Below, piece by piece: positions 26,925 to 37,269 of a stretch of 64,000 nt of DNA. Made by a program: the position numbers and the translations under genes. The DNA comes from an uncultured Fibrobacteraceae bacterium (GTDB lineage Bacteria; Krumholzibacteriota; Krumholzibacteriia; LZORAL124-64-63). How positions within the stretch are numbered: position 1 is the first letter of the stretch; the number at the start of each line of letters is the position of its first letter. The stretch is taken from positions 6,475-70,474 of the forward strand of contig CAYYYS010000012.1 in NCBI GenBank assembly GCA_964476155.1, given 5' to 3'. The notes under the pieces are model-generated. The model was not told the origin of the DNA, did not search any database, and saw nothing but the letters and a program-made list of their open reading frames with translations.

Positions 26925-27506
26925 CTAGCCGAAGTTCTTGGCCACGAAATCCCAGTTCACCAGATTCCACCAGTTCCCCACGTACTTGGGCCGCGCGTTG
27001 CGCGTGTCCACGTAGTAGGCGTGCTCCCAGACGTCGACCACCAGCAGCGGCGTCACGTCGGAGGTCAGGGCGGAGCCGGCGTTGCCGGTGTTGAGGATCT
27101 CCACGCCGCCGGCGGCGGTCTTCACCAGCCAGGTCCAGCCGGAACCGAAGTTGCCGACCGCGGACGCCGCGAATTTCTCCTTGAACTCGGCGAAGGAACC
27201 GAAGGCCGCGTTGATGGCGTCGGCCACCGCGCCGGTGGGCTCGCCGCCGCCGCTGGGGCTCATGCCGTTCCAGTAGAAGGTGTGGTTCCACACCTGGGCG
27301 GCGTTGTTGAAGATTCCGCCGGCGGGCGCCGACTTGACGATCTCCTCGAGGGACTTGCCCTCGAACTCGGTCCCGGGAACCAGGTTGTTCAGGTTGGTCA
27401 CGTAGGCCGCGTGGTGCTTGCCGTAATGGTAGTCAAGCGTCTCGGCCGAGATGTGGGGCTCCAGCGCGTCCTTGGCGTACGGCAGATCCGGTAGTTCGAA
27501 GGTCAT
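26925..27506 (-). CDS. sodB: Fe/Mn superoxide dismutase
   Basis: [35 protein letters not shown]...DVWEHAYY are unmistakable SOD motifs. 193 aa. Confidence 0.95.
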   Translation of the reverse strand: MTFELPDLPYAKDALEPHISAETLDYHYGKHHAAYVTNLNNLVPGTEFEGKSLEEIVKSAPAGGIFNNAAQVWNHTFYWNGMSPSGGGEPTGAVADAINAAFGSFAEFKEKFAASAVGNFGSGWTWLVKTAAGGVEILNTGNAGSALTSDVTPLLVVDVWEHAYYVDTRNARPKYVGNWWNLVNWDFVAKNFG

Positions 27507-27682
27507 GGCAACGTCCTTTTGTTATCCGTCATGGTCGGTTGAATTCGATTCTGATTGTCAGGATAGTATTACTCCGCGGGGTTCGCCAGTCTTGAAATAC
27601 CATCATCTTTCACCGGCTCCCGTGAGACTTGATGAACCAGATCCTGGCATCCTTTTATGCCATGATCAGGCAATATCAATAT

Positions 27683-27695
27683 CTTGTCTGACAAG
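27683..27695. promoter_or_regulatory. Candidate operator: perfect 6-1-6 inverted repeat CTTGTC-T-GACAAG in the AT-rich sod/27867 divergent intergenic region
   Basis: Seen directly. Located in a 360-bp, about 45% GC promoter region. Confidence 0.25.
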
Positions 27696-27866
27696 TGATT
27701 ACACCCAGGAATGTCGTCATACGGCCTCCATTTCACCTAAATGTATGAAAATGACCTGTAAATATCTCGTGAGACGGGCACACCGGCTAAACAAATCAGA
27801 CGTAATCACTGTGAAACCAGGCCCCATGGAAAACCCGCAACAGTCCGAACCAGGGGAGGAAGCACA

Positions 27867-28127
27867 ATGAAAAGGTCACTGAACTGGAAATGGCTGGCTT
27901 GTCTGACGGTCGTCGTCGTCGCCATGGCCGCCACCGCGCTCGCCCAGCCCGAAATCGATTACGAGCTCGCGAGCGTCGACGTGCTCACCGCCAAGGAGAT
28001 CGGGCAGTTCCAACTGCTCCAACATCCGGAGGGCTCCTTCGTGTCTCGGGGCCGCGCTACCGCCGTAACGCCCTCGCCGTATCGATCGAGTAGAGGATCA
28101 GCGCCAACCAGATCAACCCGAAACTGA
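27867..28127 (+). CDS. Small secreted hypothetical protein
   Basis: Strong RBS GGGGAGGAAG 4 nt before ATG. Signal peptide MKRSLNWKWLACLTVVVVAMAATALA. The 3' end overlaps rarD convergently by 70 nt with a low-complexity tail, so the true end is uncertain. Confidence 0.35.
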   Translation: MKRSLNWKWLACLTVVVVAMAATALAQPEIDYELASVDVLTAKEIGQFQLLQHPEGSFVSRGRATAVTPSPYRSSRGSAPTRSTRN

Positions 28128-28947
28128 TGGCGTGGGTGCGCGTGAAGGGCTCACCGAACGCGAGGGTCGCCAGGAGAAATTGACCGGTGGGCGCCAGGTA
28201 CTGCAGGAAGGCGATCGAGACCAGCCGCAGCCGTCGCGCGCTTTCGGCGAACCAGATCAGCGGCAACGCCGTGACGACACCCGCCGAGATCAGCAGCCCG
28301 TCGATACGCATACCCGCATGCGTGAAGTGCAGCAGGCCCTGGGACTCGCGCCAGATCAGCCAGGCCACGGCCGGCGGCGTCAACAGGAGGGTCTCGACGG
28401 TGAGGCCCTGCACGCCGCTGGCTCGTGTCCGTTTCCGCAACAGCCCGTAGAGACCGAAGCTCAGGGCCAGCACGATGGAGATCGCGGGCAGCTTGCCGTA
28501 CGCGACGGTCAACCACACGATGCCGGCGGTCGCCAACACCACCGCCGCGATCTGCAGGGGGCGCAGTCGCTCGCGCAGGAAAACGAAGCCTAGCGCCACG
28601 TTGACCAGTGGGTTGATGAAATAACCGAGGCTGGCCTCGAGCAGACGATCGTTGGCGACCGCCCAGATGAAGATCCCCCAGTTCAGGGCGATCAGACAGG
28701 TCGTGTAAGCCAAGGTCAGGCGTAAGCGCGCGTCTCGGAGCAGGTCGATCAGTTCGCGCAGCCCGCCGCGCAGGACCGTCACGATCCCCAACAGGACCAG
28801 TGACCACACGATACGGTGGGCGAGCACTTCCAGGGGCGGCACGGACACGACGGCCTTGAAGTACAGGGGCGACAGGCCCCAGGCCCCGAAGGCGGCAATA
28901 CCGTAGACAACGCCGAGGCGTGTCTTGCCGGTGAAGTCGTTGTCCAT
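28057..28947 (-). CDS. rarD: EamA/RarD family transporter
   Basis: 296 aa, 10 TM helices, duplicated EamA domains. ...GVVYGIAAFGAWGLSPLYFK... resembles the RarD N-terminus. Confidence 0.85.
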   Translation of the reverse strand: MDNDFTGKTRLGVVYGIAAFGAWGLSPLYFKAVVSVPPLEVLAHRIVWSLVLLGIVTVLRGGLRELIDLLRDARLRLTLAYTTCLIALNWGIFIWAVANDRLLEASLGYFINPLVNVALGFVFLRERLRPLQIAAVVLATAGIVWLTVAYGKLPAISIVLALSFGLYGLLRKRTRASGVQGLTVETLLLTPPAVAWLIWRESQGLLHFTHAGMRIDGLLISAGVVTALPLIWFAESARRLRLVSIAFLQYLAPTGQFLLATLAFGEPFTRTHAISFGLIWLALILYSIDTARALRR

Positions 28948-28959
28948 ATGAATGCTTTC

Positions 28960-29386
28960 CTACTTGTACCCGATGAGCCGGATATTGAGGATGGCCCGCA
29001 CGGGGGCGAGATCGGCGAGGGCCCGCCGCGGTTTCGCCGGCAGTCCGCTCAACACGCGCTCCAAGAGGCGGGGGAGCCATGGTCCGATATCCACGTAGCG
29101 GCCCTTGGCGCCGACGCGACAACGCAGTCGCGAAAATCCCACCATGCGGAACATATCCACCAGTTCGGCTACAGTGTACTCCTTGAGATGGAATCCTGTC
29201 GCCACCGTATCGAAATGCCGCGACACGTCGTGGGGGCCGTTGCTCCGCGGGTGACGACTTGCGTATGAGTTGGTAATGATCGGGGACGCGACGGAAAAGT
29301 TCGTCGTAGAGTTCGGAATAGAGCGTACGCCGTTCTTCGACGGCCGCCGAAATAATATGGTATAATAGCCTCGGGAAAAACTCCAT
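28960..29386 (-). pseudogene. Truncated and frameshifted remnant of a class I methyltransferase C-terminal region
   Basis: Two overlapping frames on the minus strand: MEFFPRLLYHIISAAVEERRTLYSELYDELFRRVPDHYQLI... and ...RHFDTVATGFHLKEYTVAELVDMFRMVGFSRL.... No SAM-binding N-terminal domain. Confidence 0.3.
29336..29366 (+). promoter_or_regulatory. Sigma-70-type promoter with extended -10 (TTCGAC-19-TGgTATAAT)
   Basis: Perfect TGGTATAAT at 29358..29366. It lies 37 nt upstream of the TTG-start leader ORF at 29403 and 475 nt upstream of the PLD-like gene. Confidence 0.4.
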
Positions 29387-29840
29387 CAACCTGGCGGTTT
29401 CCTTGCAAGACCCGATAGCGGAACACACCGTATTGACGCACCCCGACGGCCGCGCCCTCATGACACCCCTGGCCGACGGCCGCTGGCGTTTGGCTATCGA
29501 AACAGATACGCCTTTCGCGTGGCCGCGGCCCGTGGCCTGGGAGACCGGTTACCCGCCAGCCTTGGTCAAGACGCTGATGAATGTGAAAGGCCCACGCCGG
29601 GTCATCGACGAGATCCGCCGCGACGAGGATCCCATCTATGTGGAGAACGACCTCAGGCACGACCTCTTCTCCTTCGTCGCGCCCGAGGACCTGGTCGGCC
29701 GAACAGCGCGCGGCCCGGCGTTTCTCGCGCTACGATCACCGCGGCGACACCTGGCCCGAATTGCTGCGCGCGGGCGTGCGCGGCGGCACCGGTGGCGAGA
29801 CGCTGGCGTTTCGCAAGGAGTCTTAACGAGAGAGTCTAAA

Positions 29841-32273
29841 ATGCGTACTATGCTTATTGCCGCCGTCGTCCTGCTGGTCGCCGTGTCCGCCGCGGCCATC
29901 CCCATCTCCGACCTGCACGTCAACTACGCCAACGGCACGCCGACCCTGCTGGGTCAGACGGTCACGGTGAGCGGCGTGGTCACGGTACCCACGTACCTGC
30001 TCAACGGCTATACGCTCGAGGTGTTCGTGCAGGACGACACGGGCGGCATCAACGTCTACGTGACCGGCGGCGCGTCGAGCTGGAACCTGGCCCTGGGCGA
30101 CAGCGTGACCGTCACCTCACGTGTGGCCCAGTACAACGGGCTGACCGAGCTGGGCACGGCCACCAGCTACACGACCATCACGAATCACGGCCCGGCTTCG
30201 GCCATACCCGAGCCACAGGCCATGAGCTGCACCAGCGTGAACGACGCCTTCCTGGCCAACAACCGCGACCCGGACGAGAGCCGGCTCGTGCGCCTGGACA
30301 ACCTGAACATCACCAGCGGCGCGTGGCCGGTGACCGCCGGCGGCAACACGGTACTCACGGTCAACGACGGCGGCGGGTCCTGTCTGCTGTACATCGACCA
30401 GGACACGGACCTGAACGGCAGTCCCGATCCCGGCGCCAACTTCTCGGTGATCGGCGTGATCAAGCAGTACGACTACTCGAGTCCCTACACGACGGGGTAT
30501 GAGGTCATGCCGCGCTACCTGAGCGACGTGTTCCCCACGAGCTCGGGTCCCGTGGTGACCGGCGACGTTACCGTGATGAACATCACGTCCACCGGGGCCG
30601 GCGTCCTCTTCTTCACCCAGGGCGACGGCAGCACCGAGGTGGAATACGGCCTGACGCCGAGCTACGGTCAGACCGCCGGCTTTCCCGACGTTCGTGTCAC
30701 CGCCCACGTGGTCACGCTGACCGACCTGGTGCCCAACTCGGTCTACTACTTCCGCGCCAAATCCACCAACGACTACGGCACCTCTTACGGACCCGACCAG
30801 GTCTTCGTGACCCCGAGCGAAATCCCCGGCGAGATCCACGTCTACATGAAAGGCTCGGCCGATCACGACTATTCCCTCGACGGCCTCACATTCGTGAACG
30901 ACAACGAATCCCTGTCGGGACGCCTGATCGACCTGATCGGCGACGCCGAAGCCTCGGTGGACGCCTGTCTCTACAGCTTCAGCCTGGACAGCGTGCGCGA
31001 CGCCCTGATCGCCGCCCACAACCGCGGTTGCCAGGTGCGCTTGATCATCGACCAGGACAACTCGCACGCCGACGCCGATGTCTGCCAGGCGGCGGGCATC
31101 CCCTACATCGACAGCGGCTTCGGGGGCAACCACGCCAGCGGCGCCATGCACAACAAGTTCGTGGTGATCGACGGACGCGACGTGGACAAGTACAACGACT
31201 GGACCTGGACCGGCAGCGCCAACATGAGCATCTCGGGCGACAACGACCTGAACAACGCCCTGGCCATTCGCGACTTCGGCCTGGCCCAGGCCTACACCCT
31301 GGAGTTCAACGAGATGTGGGGCAGCGACACCCAAACCGCCAACGGAACCCTGGCCCGCATGGGCGACGCCAAGCTGGACAACACGCCGCACGTGTTCACC
31401 ATCAACGGTCTCGACGTCGAACAGTACATGAGTCCCAGCGACGAGGTGACCGACCGCGTGATCGAGGCCATCGGCACCGCCGAGCAGAACATCTACTTCG
31501 CCATGCTGGCGTTCACCCACAACGACATTTCCGACGCCATGCGCGACCAACGCGACGCGGTGCCGACCCTGGGCCTGGCCGGTGTCTTCGAACAGGATCA
31601 GAGCGATTGCACCAGCGGCGGCGAGTACTGGCGCATGCATGGCGACGCCTGCGCGCCCGACCCCTGGTCGCCGGCGGCCGATGTGTGGCTGGACACCGCT
31701 CTGCCGGGCAGCGTCCTGCTGCACCACAAGTACCTGCTGATCGACGCGCCCGGCGATCCCCAGACCAGTCTGCCGAAAAGCGGCGGAGCCTTCGACGCGA
31801 TGGTCTTCACCGGCAGCCACAACTGGAGCTACAGCGCCGAATCGATCAACGACGAGAACACCCTGGTGATCCACGACTATGTAATCGCCAACCTGTTCCT
31901 GCAGGAGTTCGCGGCGCGTTACGCCGAGTCCGGCGGGTCCGAGCACCTGGGCTGGGCCACCGGTGTGGAGGACGGCCCCGACGCGGCGCCCCGACTGCTC
32001 GCCGGCCTGCGCGCCTGGCCGAATCCCTTCAATCCCCAGGTGAGTTTCTCGTTCATGACCGGCACGACGGCCCGGGTCGACGTGAGCGTGCACGACGCGC
32101 GGGGGCGGCTTGTGCGCTCGCTATACGGCGGGAAGGACCTGGCGGCTGGACTGCATGTGCTGGGGTGGGATGGACGCACCACTGACGGGCGGGCGGCCGC
32201 GAGCGGCGCCTATTTCCTGCGCGTGAGTGGCGGCGGGGAAACGATCACCGAACGGGTGACGTTGGTTCGCTGA
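29841..32273 (+). CDS. Secreted phospholipase-D superfamily enzyme (two HKD motifs) with FN3-like domain and C-terminal T9SS/FlgD-Ig-like sorting domain
   Basis: Signal peptide MRTMLIAAVVLLVAVSAAA at an internal ATG. HKD motifs AMHNKFVVIDG and LLHHKYLLIDAP. FN3-like ...VYYFRAKSTNDYG.... CTD AWPNPFNPQVSFSF...VSVHDARGRLVRSL...GAYFLRVSGGGETITERVTLVR. The in-frame upstream 146 codons (29403..29840) look like a decayed leader ORF. Confidence 0.85.
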   Translation: MRTMLIAAVVLLVAVSAAAIPISDLHVNYANGTPTLLGQTVTVSGVVTVPTYLLNGYTLEVFVQDDTGGINVYVTGGASSWNLALGDSVTVTSRVAQYNGLTELGTATSYTTITNHGPASAIPEPQAMSCTSVNDAFLANNRDPDESRLVRLDNLNITSGAWPVTAGGNTVLTVNDGGGSCLLYIDQDTDLNGSPDPGANFSVIGVIKQYDYSSPYTTGYEVMPRYLSDVFPTSSGPVVTGDVTVMNITSTGAGVLFFTQGDGSTEVEYGLTPSYGQTAGFPDVRVTAHVVTLTDLVPNSVYYFRAKSTNDYGTSYGPDQVFVTPSEIPGEIHVYMKGSADHDYSLDGLTFVNDNESLSGRLIDLIGDAEASVDACLYSFSLDSVRDALIAAHNRGCQVRLIIDQDNSHADADVCQAAGIPYIDSGFGGNHASGAMHNKFVVIDGRDVDKYNDWTWTGSANMSISGDNDLNNALAIRDFGLAQAYTLEFNEMWGSDTQTANGTLARMGDAKLDNTPHVFTINGLDVEQYMSPSDEVTDRVIEAIGTAEQNIYFAMLAFTHNDISDAMRDQRDAVPTLGLAGVFEQDQSDCTSGGEYWRMHGDACAPDPWSPAADVWLDTALPGSVLLHHKYLLIDAPGDPQTSLPKSGGAFDAMVFTGSHNWSYSAESINDENTLVIHDYVIANLFLQEFAARYAESGGSEHLGWATGVEDGPDAAPRLLAGLRAWPNPFNPQVSFSFMTGTTARVDVSVHDARGRLVRSLYGGKDLAAGLHVLGWDGRTTDGRAAASGAYFLRVSGGGETITERVTLVR

Positions 32274-32339
32274 GACGATAAATGTCGTACGTTCCACAAT
32301 ACTGACGGGGCCGCCCGAATGCGGCCCCAACGCTCCAGA

Positions 32340-33647
32340 TCAGGGCTTCCCCAGCAATTTGAACATCTCTTTTTTATAAGCCTCAACCCCCGGCTGATCA
32401 AAGGGATTGACCCCCAGCATTCGTCCGCTCACCGCCACGGCCTTCTCGTAGAAGAAGAGCAGGCCGCCCAGGGACCACTCGTCCAGGGCCTGCATCTCCA
32501 GGGAGAGCACCGGCACGCCGCCGGCGATATGCGCGGCGCGAGTGCCTTCGAACGCCTTGCGGTTGATGTCGTCGAGGCTGCGACCGACCAGGTAGCCGAG
32601 ACCGTCGCGATTCAGGTCCGCGCCATCGGGGCCGGGATCGGCCGGCACCACGAGCTCCGGTGCGCCGGAATCGACCACCAGGAAAGTCTCGAAGAGCTCG
32701 CGACGTCCGTCCTGTATGTACTGCCCCAGGCTGTGCAGATCGGTGGTGAAGCGACAGGACGCGGGGAAGATACCCTTGCCCTGCTTGCCTTCGCTCTCGC
32801 CGAAGAGCTGCTTCCACCACTCCTGCACGTAGCCCAGGTCGCTGTGGAAGGTGCTGAGCACCTCGGTGGTGTAGCCCTTGTTGTAGAGAGCGTTGCGGAC
32901 GGCGGCGTAGAGGTAGGCGGGGTTGGCGTCCTGGATGTCGTTCTCGCAGACCACCGACATGTCGCCGGCGCCCTCGAGCAGGGCGTGCAGATCGAGACCG
33001 GCCACGGCCAACGGCCACAAGCCGACCGGCGTCAGGACCGAGAAGCGGCCGCCCACGTCGTCGGGGATCACGTAGGTATCGTAGCCTTCCGCGTCAGCCA
33101 GGGTGCGCAGGGCGCCACGCGAGGAATCGGTAACCGCGGTGATGCGACGGCGCGCATTGTCCGTCCCATAGCGCTCCTCGAGCAGGCCGCGGAAGAGCCG
33201 GAAACTCACGGCCGGCTCCAGGGTCGTTCCCGACTTGGAGATCACGCAGAGACGCAGGTCGCGGTCACCGATGCTCTTAATCAGACGGGTCAGGCCCGCG
33301 GAGCACAGGTGGGTGCCGGCGAAGATGATCTCGGGACCGGAGGTGCGATCGGCCAGGGCCGACAGAACGGCCCGGGCGCCCAGGTATGAACCGCCGATTC
33401 CGATCACCACGACCACGTCGCAATCCTCGCGGGCGTGCTCGGCGGCGTCCTCGAGGCGTTGCAATTCTGGTCCAACCATGATCCGCGGCAGGTCCAACCA
33501 GCCCAGATAATCGGCGCCCGGGCCCTCCTTGCGACCGAGCTCCGCTCCTGCGGCCCGGGCCAGACTGGACAGGGCGGACACGTCCTCGTCCGCGATAAAG
33601 TCCTGTAAGCCCTCGATTTGCAGATTGAAAGCGCCCTTATTGGACAT
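32340..33647 (-). CDS. pgi: Glucose-6-phosphate isomerase
   Basis: 435 aa. ...VVVIGIGGSYLGARAV..., ...CVISKSGTTLEP... and ...GGRFSVLTPVGLWP... are classic PGI motifs. Confidence 0.95.
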   Translation of the reverse strand: MSNKGAFNLQIEGLQDFIADEDVSALSSLARAAGAELGRKEGPGADYLGWLDLPRIMVGPELQRLEDAAEHAREDCDVVVVIGIGGSYLGARAVLSALADRTSGPEIIFAGTHLCSAGLTRLIKSIGDRDLRLCVISKSGTTLEPAVSFRLFRGLLEERYGTDNARRRITAVTDSSRGALRTLADAEGYDTYVIPDDVGGRFSVLTPVGLWPLAVAGLDLHALLEGAGDMSVVCENDIQDANPAYLYAAVRNALYNKGYTTEVLSTFHSDLGYVQEWWKQLFGESEGKQGKGIFPASCRFTTDLHSLGQYIQDGRRELFETFLVVDSGAPELVVPADPGPDGADLNRDGLGYLVGRSLDDINRKAFEGTRAAHIAGGVPVLSLEMQALDEWSLGGLLFFYEKAVAVSGRMLGVNPFDQPGVEAYKKEMFKLLGKP

Positions 33648-33812
33648 ATTTGGTCACCTTTGCTGCGTTCTGTTCTCGCCAGATCAGAGCTTTTAGTCCA
33701 TTGTGTGCTACTCGATTCCCGTGAGCTACCGCCCTCATTTTGTGCCCAAAACGAATGAGAGACAACCCGGTTCTTTGTGAACGCAACGCGTCTTCGAGAC
33801 GACGGCTTGGAC

Positions 33813-35969
33813 ATGACACACGATCGCCCCACACACAGCGCGCTTGCCGCCGGCCTGTTGTTCGTATGGATGCTGATACCTTGCGTCGTGTTTGGCGTGT
33901 CCAACGGCGAGGTGCCGATCGACTCGTGGATGCTGGAGGGCAAGGGCATCCCCTGTCGCGGTCACGCCAAGGGCCTGGGACCGAACAAGGCCCCCGAAAA
34001 CCATCCGTCCCAGGACCTGATCGATGTCCTGCACTACGCGAATTATTTCATGCTGAATTTCGCCACCCAGGACATCCAGGGCGCACAGCTGATCACCTTC
34101 TCTCCTCTGCAGGGGGCCGTGACCGAGCTGGTCCTGGATTTCGTTGACGAGATGTCTTTTACGTCGGCGGCCCTGAACTCCTCCAATTACGCGCCTCTCC
34201 CTTTCGTTCACGCCAACGACCGCGTGACGATCTCACTGCCCTTTGAGGGCCAGGCCACCACCGATACGATCACGGTCATACTGACCTTCGAGGGCGCGCC
34301 GCAGCCTGACGGAATCTACGGTTTCCGGTTCGTCGAGCGCGAAGACGGTAAACTGGTGGCGGCCAACGTCAGCGAGCCCTGGAGCGCGCGTTCATGGTGG
34401 CCCTGCAAGGACGACCCGCGCGACAAGGCCACGTTCGGCACATCCCTCTATTCGCCCGCCGGCGTGACCGGTGTCTCGAACGGAGTAGAGCTTTCCTCGG
34501 GGCCCGTAAACCCGTACCTGGACGATGACGAGAAAACACGTCTCGAAGATCACCTGGCGGTTCTGCTCGGCGACAAGACCGAGTATGTGGCCGCGTACTG
34601 GCAGGAAACACATCCCATCTCCACGTATCATTTTTCGGTGGCGGCCTCCGAGTACACGCGCCTGGACGACATCTACATCGACGCCCAGGGCGACACGTTG
34701 CAGATCACCAATTACATCTATCCCGATCTGGTCCCCCAGGCCGAGATCGACTTCGCGCCGCTGTCGGACATGCTCGCCTGGTGCGAGGACACGTTCGGGG
34801 CCTACCCCTTCCCTGGCGAGAAATACGGTCATGCCCTCTTCGAGTGGGACGGCGCCATGGAGCATCCCACCGTCGCCACTTATTCGTCCCACTTTGTGAC
34901 CGGCGACAACAATTTCGACTCGATTGTCATGCACGAACTGGCCCATCAGTGGTTCGGCAATCTCGTCACCTGCGCCGACTGGTCCCATACCTGGCTGAAC
35001 GAGGGGTTCGCCACCTACGCCGAAGGTCTCTGGCGCGAGCACTCCGTGGGCGGGAGTTCGCTGAAATGGTTCATGTACCAGCGCAGCATTTTCACCTGGT
35101 GGGGGGGGGCCCTGGTCCGCGACATCCGCAATGACGACCCCTGGTACTTCTTCGCCAACATGGTCTACTACAAGGGTGCCTGGCTGCTGCACATGCTGCG
35201 TCGCGAGATCGGCGACACGGATTTTTTCGAGATTCTCAGACTCTATCCCCACGCGCGCGGCATGTCCTACGGTACCGCGACGACCGACGAATTCGTGCGC
35301 TTCTGCGAGGTATACCTGCGACGCAGCATGTCGACGTTCTTCAACCAGTGGCTCTACCGCGAAACCTATCCCGAACTGAACGTGCAATGGATGAATACCG
35401 GAACCGGGGGCGCTTCGAGCATATGGCTCGACATCAACCAGATCCAGCCCACCGACCCCTATGCCGGTGACGAACCTTTCCTTTTCAAGATCGACGTCCG
35501 CCTGGAAACCGCCGGCGGCAACGTCACCCACGTCGTCGAAGTGGACCGCCGCCACATGTTCGTGACGCTGGACGCACCGGCCAACGTGGACAACGTGGTC
35601 CTCGACCCCGACGGCTGGATGCTCTTCACTGCGGACGTGACCACGGCGGTGGATCCCCTCGCTTCCACCACCCGCGTATTGCGCCTGCGCAAGCCGGAGC
35701 CCAACCCCTTCACCGGACGCGGCATCATCGCCTGGACGACGCCCTTGTCCGGCGGCGACGAGCTGGCCGTCTACGACACGCGCGGCCGGCGCCTGCGCGA
35801 CTGGAAACTCTCCCCCGCCGAACCCGGACAGCGCAGCATCGCCTGGGACGGTCGCGACCGTAACGGTCGTCGCGTGTCGGCGGGCACCTATGTCTACACC
35901 GTCATCTCCCGCCCCACCGACGGCGGCGCGCCCCTGCGCGAAACCGGCAAGATCACACTCGCGCGCTGA
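33813..35969 (+). CDS. Secreted M1 family aminopeptidase (aminopeptidase N-like) with C-terminal T9SS/FlgD-Ig-like sorting domain
   Basis: Signal anchor MTHDRPTHSALAAGLLFVWMLIPCVVFG. GAMEH exopeptidase motif, HEXXH zincin motif VMHELAHQWFGN and the downstream LNEGFATY Glu. CTD ...PEPNPFTGRGIIAWTT...ELAVYDTRGRRLRDW...GTYVYTVISRP...GKITLAR. Confidence 0.9.
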   Translation: MTHDRPTHSALAAGLLFVWMLIPCVVFGVSNGEVPIDSWMLEGKGIPCRGHAKGLGPNKAPENHPSQDLIDVLHYANYFMLNFATQDIQGAQLITFSPLQGAVTELVLDFVDEMSFTSAALNSSNYAPLPFVHANDRVTISLPFEGQATTDTITVILTFEGAPQPDGIYGFRFVEREDGKLVAANVSEPWSARSWWPCKDDPRDKATFGTSLYSPAGVTGVSNGVELSSGPVNPYLDDDEKTRLEDHLAVLLGDKTEYVAAYWQETHPISTYHFSVAASEYTRLDDIYIDAQGDTLQITNYIYPDLVPQAEIDFAPLSDMLAWCEDTFGAYPFPGEKYGHALFEWDGAMEHPTVATYSSHFVTGDNNFDSIVMHELAHQWFGNLVTCADWSHTWLNEGFATYAEGLWREHSVGGSSLKWFMYQRSIFTWWGGALVRDIRNDDPWYFFANMVYYKGAWLLHMLRREIGDTDFFEILRLYPHARGMSYGTATTDEFVRFCEVYLRRSMSTFFNQWLYRETYPELNVQWMNTGTGGASSIWLDINQIQPTDPYAGDEPFLFKIDVRLETAGGNVTHVVEVDRRHMFVTLDAPANVDNVVLDPDGWMLFTADVTTAVDPLASTTRVLRLRKPEPNPFTGRGIIAWTTPLSGGDELAVYDTRGRRLRDWKLSPAEPGQRSIAWDGRDRNGRRVSAGTYVYTVISRPTDGGAPLRETGKITLAR

Positions 35970-36030
35970 CCGCTGGCGTCTCCCCGCAGCCCTGTTACAT
36001 TTGTCCGGTGACCAACACTGGAGGATAGCC

Positions 36031-37269
36031 GTGCCCGAAGCCCAGCCCGCGTCCACAGCCTTGTCCGTAATCGCCGCCCATTACGCCGAGATCGCCCTCA
36101 AGGGGCGCAACCGGAACATGTTCGTCAAGCGCCTGAAGAACAACATGTTCACGGCCCTGCGTGGCGAACCCGTCCGTGCCATCAATCACGTGGAGAGCCG
36201 GTTGCTGGTGAGGTTGGAGGACCACGAAGCCGTCGAACGGGTCGTCGACAAGCTGGGCCGCGTGTTCGGCATCCAGTGGCTGTCGGCCGCGACGCCGGTC
36301 TTGCGCACCGATGATCACGAGGCCGACCTGGACCGCGTCACCGAAACGGCGATCAATCTTGCGCGTCGCGACGCCGCCGACGCCACCAGCTTCCGCGTGG
36401 ACGCCCGTCGCTCGGACAAGTCCTTCCCCATGAACTCGCAGGCCATCAACACGCGCGTGGGCGGCGCCCTGCAGCCGGTCCTCGATTTGCCCGTCAATCT
36501 GAAGCACGCCGACTTTGCGGCCCACCTGCTGGTGCTGCAAAAGGAGATTCTGGTCTTCACCGCCCGGATCCGCTGCGGCGGCGGTCTGCCCGTGGGCGTG
36601 AGCGGCCGACTCGCGGTCCTCCTCTCGGGCGGCATCGACTCGCCGGTAGCGGCGTGGATGATGATGAAACGCGGCTGTCGTCCCGAGTTCGTGCATTTTT
36701 TTCCCGGACGCTCGCGCGACGAGGCCGTCGTCGACAAGATCATACGGGTGGCGTCCATCCTCGCGACCTGGTCGCCGCGACCGATCACCCTGCACCTGGT
36801 GCCGGCCTATCCCTACGAGTCGCGCGCGGTCGGCGTGGTGGAGGACGCCTTCGACATGGTGCTCTTCCGCCGCTACATGGTGAAGACGGCGGAGCGCATC
36901 GCCCGCCGCGAGAACTGTCTGGCCCTGGTGACCGGCGACAGCGTCGGCCAGGTGGCCAGCCAGACCCTGCACAACCTGCGCGCCATCAGCCCCGACCTCA
37001 CGCTGCCGATCCTGCGGCCGCTGGTGGGGCTGGACAAGATCGAGATCACCGACCTGAGCCGTCGCATCGGCGTCTTCGAGACGTCGATCGAACCGTACCG
37101 CGACTGCTGCTCGATCCGCTCGCCCAAGCCCGTGCTCAACGCGCATCCCAACGAGGTGCTGGCACAATCCGAGACGATGGGGATGGACGAGGCGGTGGAC
37201 GAGGCGGTCAAGACGTCGGAGAAGATCAAGGTGGGGCCGGAGGGAATCGTCGAAGCTAACTCGCAATAA
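36031..37269 (+). CDS. thiI: tRNA 4-thiouridine(8) synthase ThiI
   Basis: GTG start with RBS GGAGG 6 nt upstream. THUMP-domain N-terminus ...AAHYAEIALKGRNRNMF.... PP-loop SGGIDSPVAA. C-terminal ...CCSIRSPKP.... Confidence 0.9.
   Translation: MPEAQPASTALSVIAAHYAEIALKGRNRNMFVKRLKNNMFTALRGEPVRAINHVESRLLVRLEDHEAVERVVDKLGRVFGIQWLSAATPVLRTDDHEADLDRVTETAINLARRDAADATSFRVDARRSDKSFPMNSQAINTRVGGALQPVLDLPVNLKHADFAAHLLVLQKEILVFTARIRCGGGLPVGVSGRLAVLLSGGIDSPVAAWMMMKRGCRPEFVHFFPGRSRDEAVVDKIIRVASILATWSPRPITLHLVPAYPYESRAVGVVEDAFDMVLFRRYMVKTAERIARRENCLALVTGDSVGQVASQTLHNLRAISPDLTLPILRPLVGLDKIEITDLSRRIGVFETSIEPYRDCCSIRSPKPVLNAHPNEVLAQSETMGMDEAVDEAVKTSEKIKVGPEGIVEANSQ

Noticed and set aside
30117-32093. 658-aa minus-strand ORF and 31028..32185 plus-strand alternate frame
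   Set aside because: Shadow and alternate frames of the PLD-like gene.
34392-37266. Long minus-strand ORFs 34392..36056 and 35995..37266
   Set aside because: Antisense to the M1 aminopeptidase and thiI genes. No motifs.
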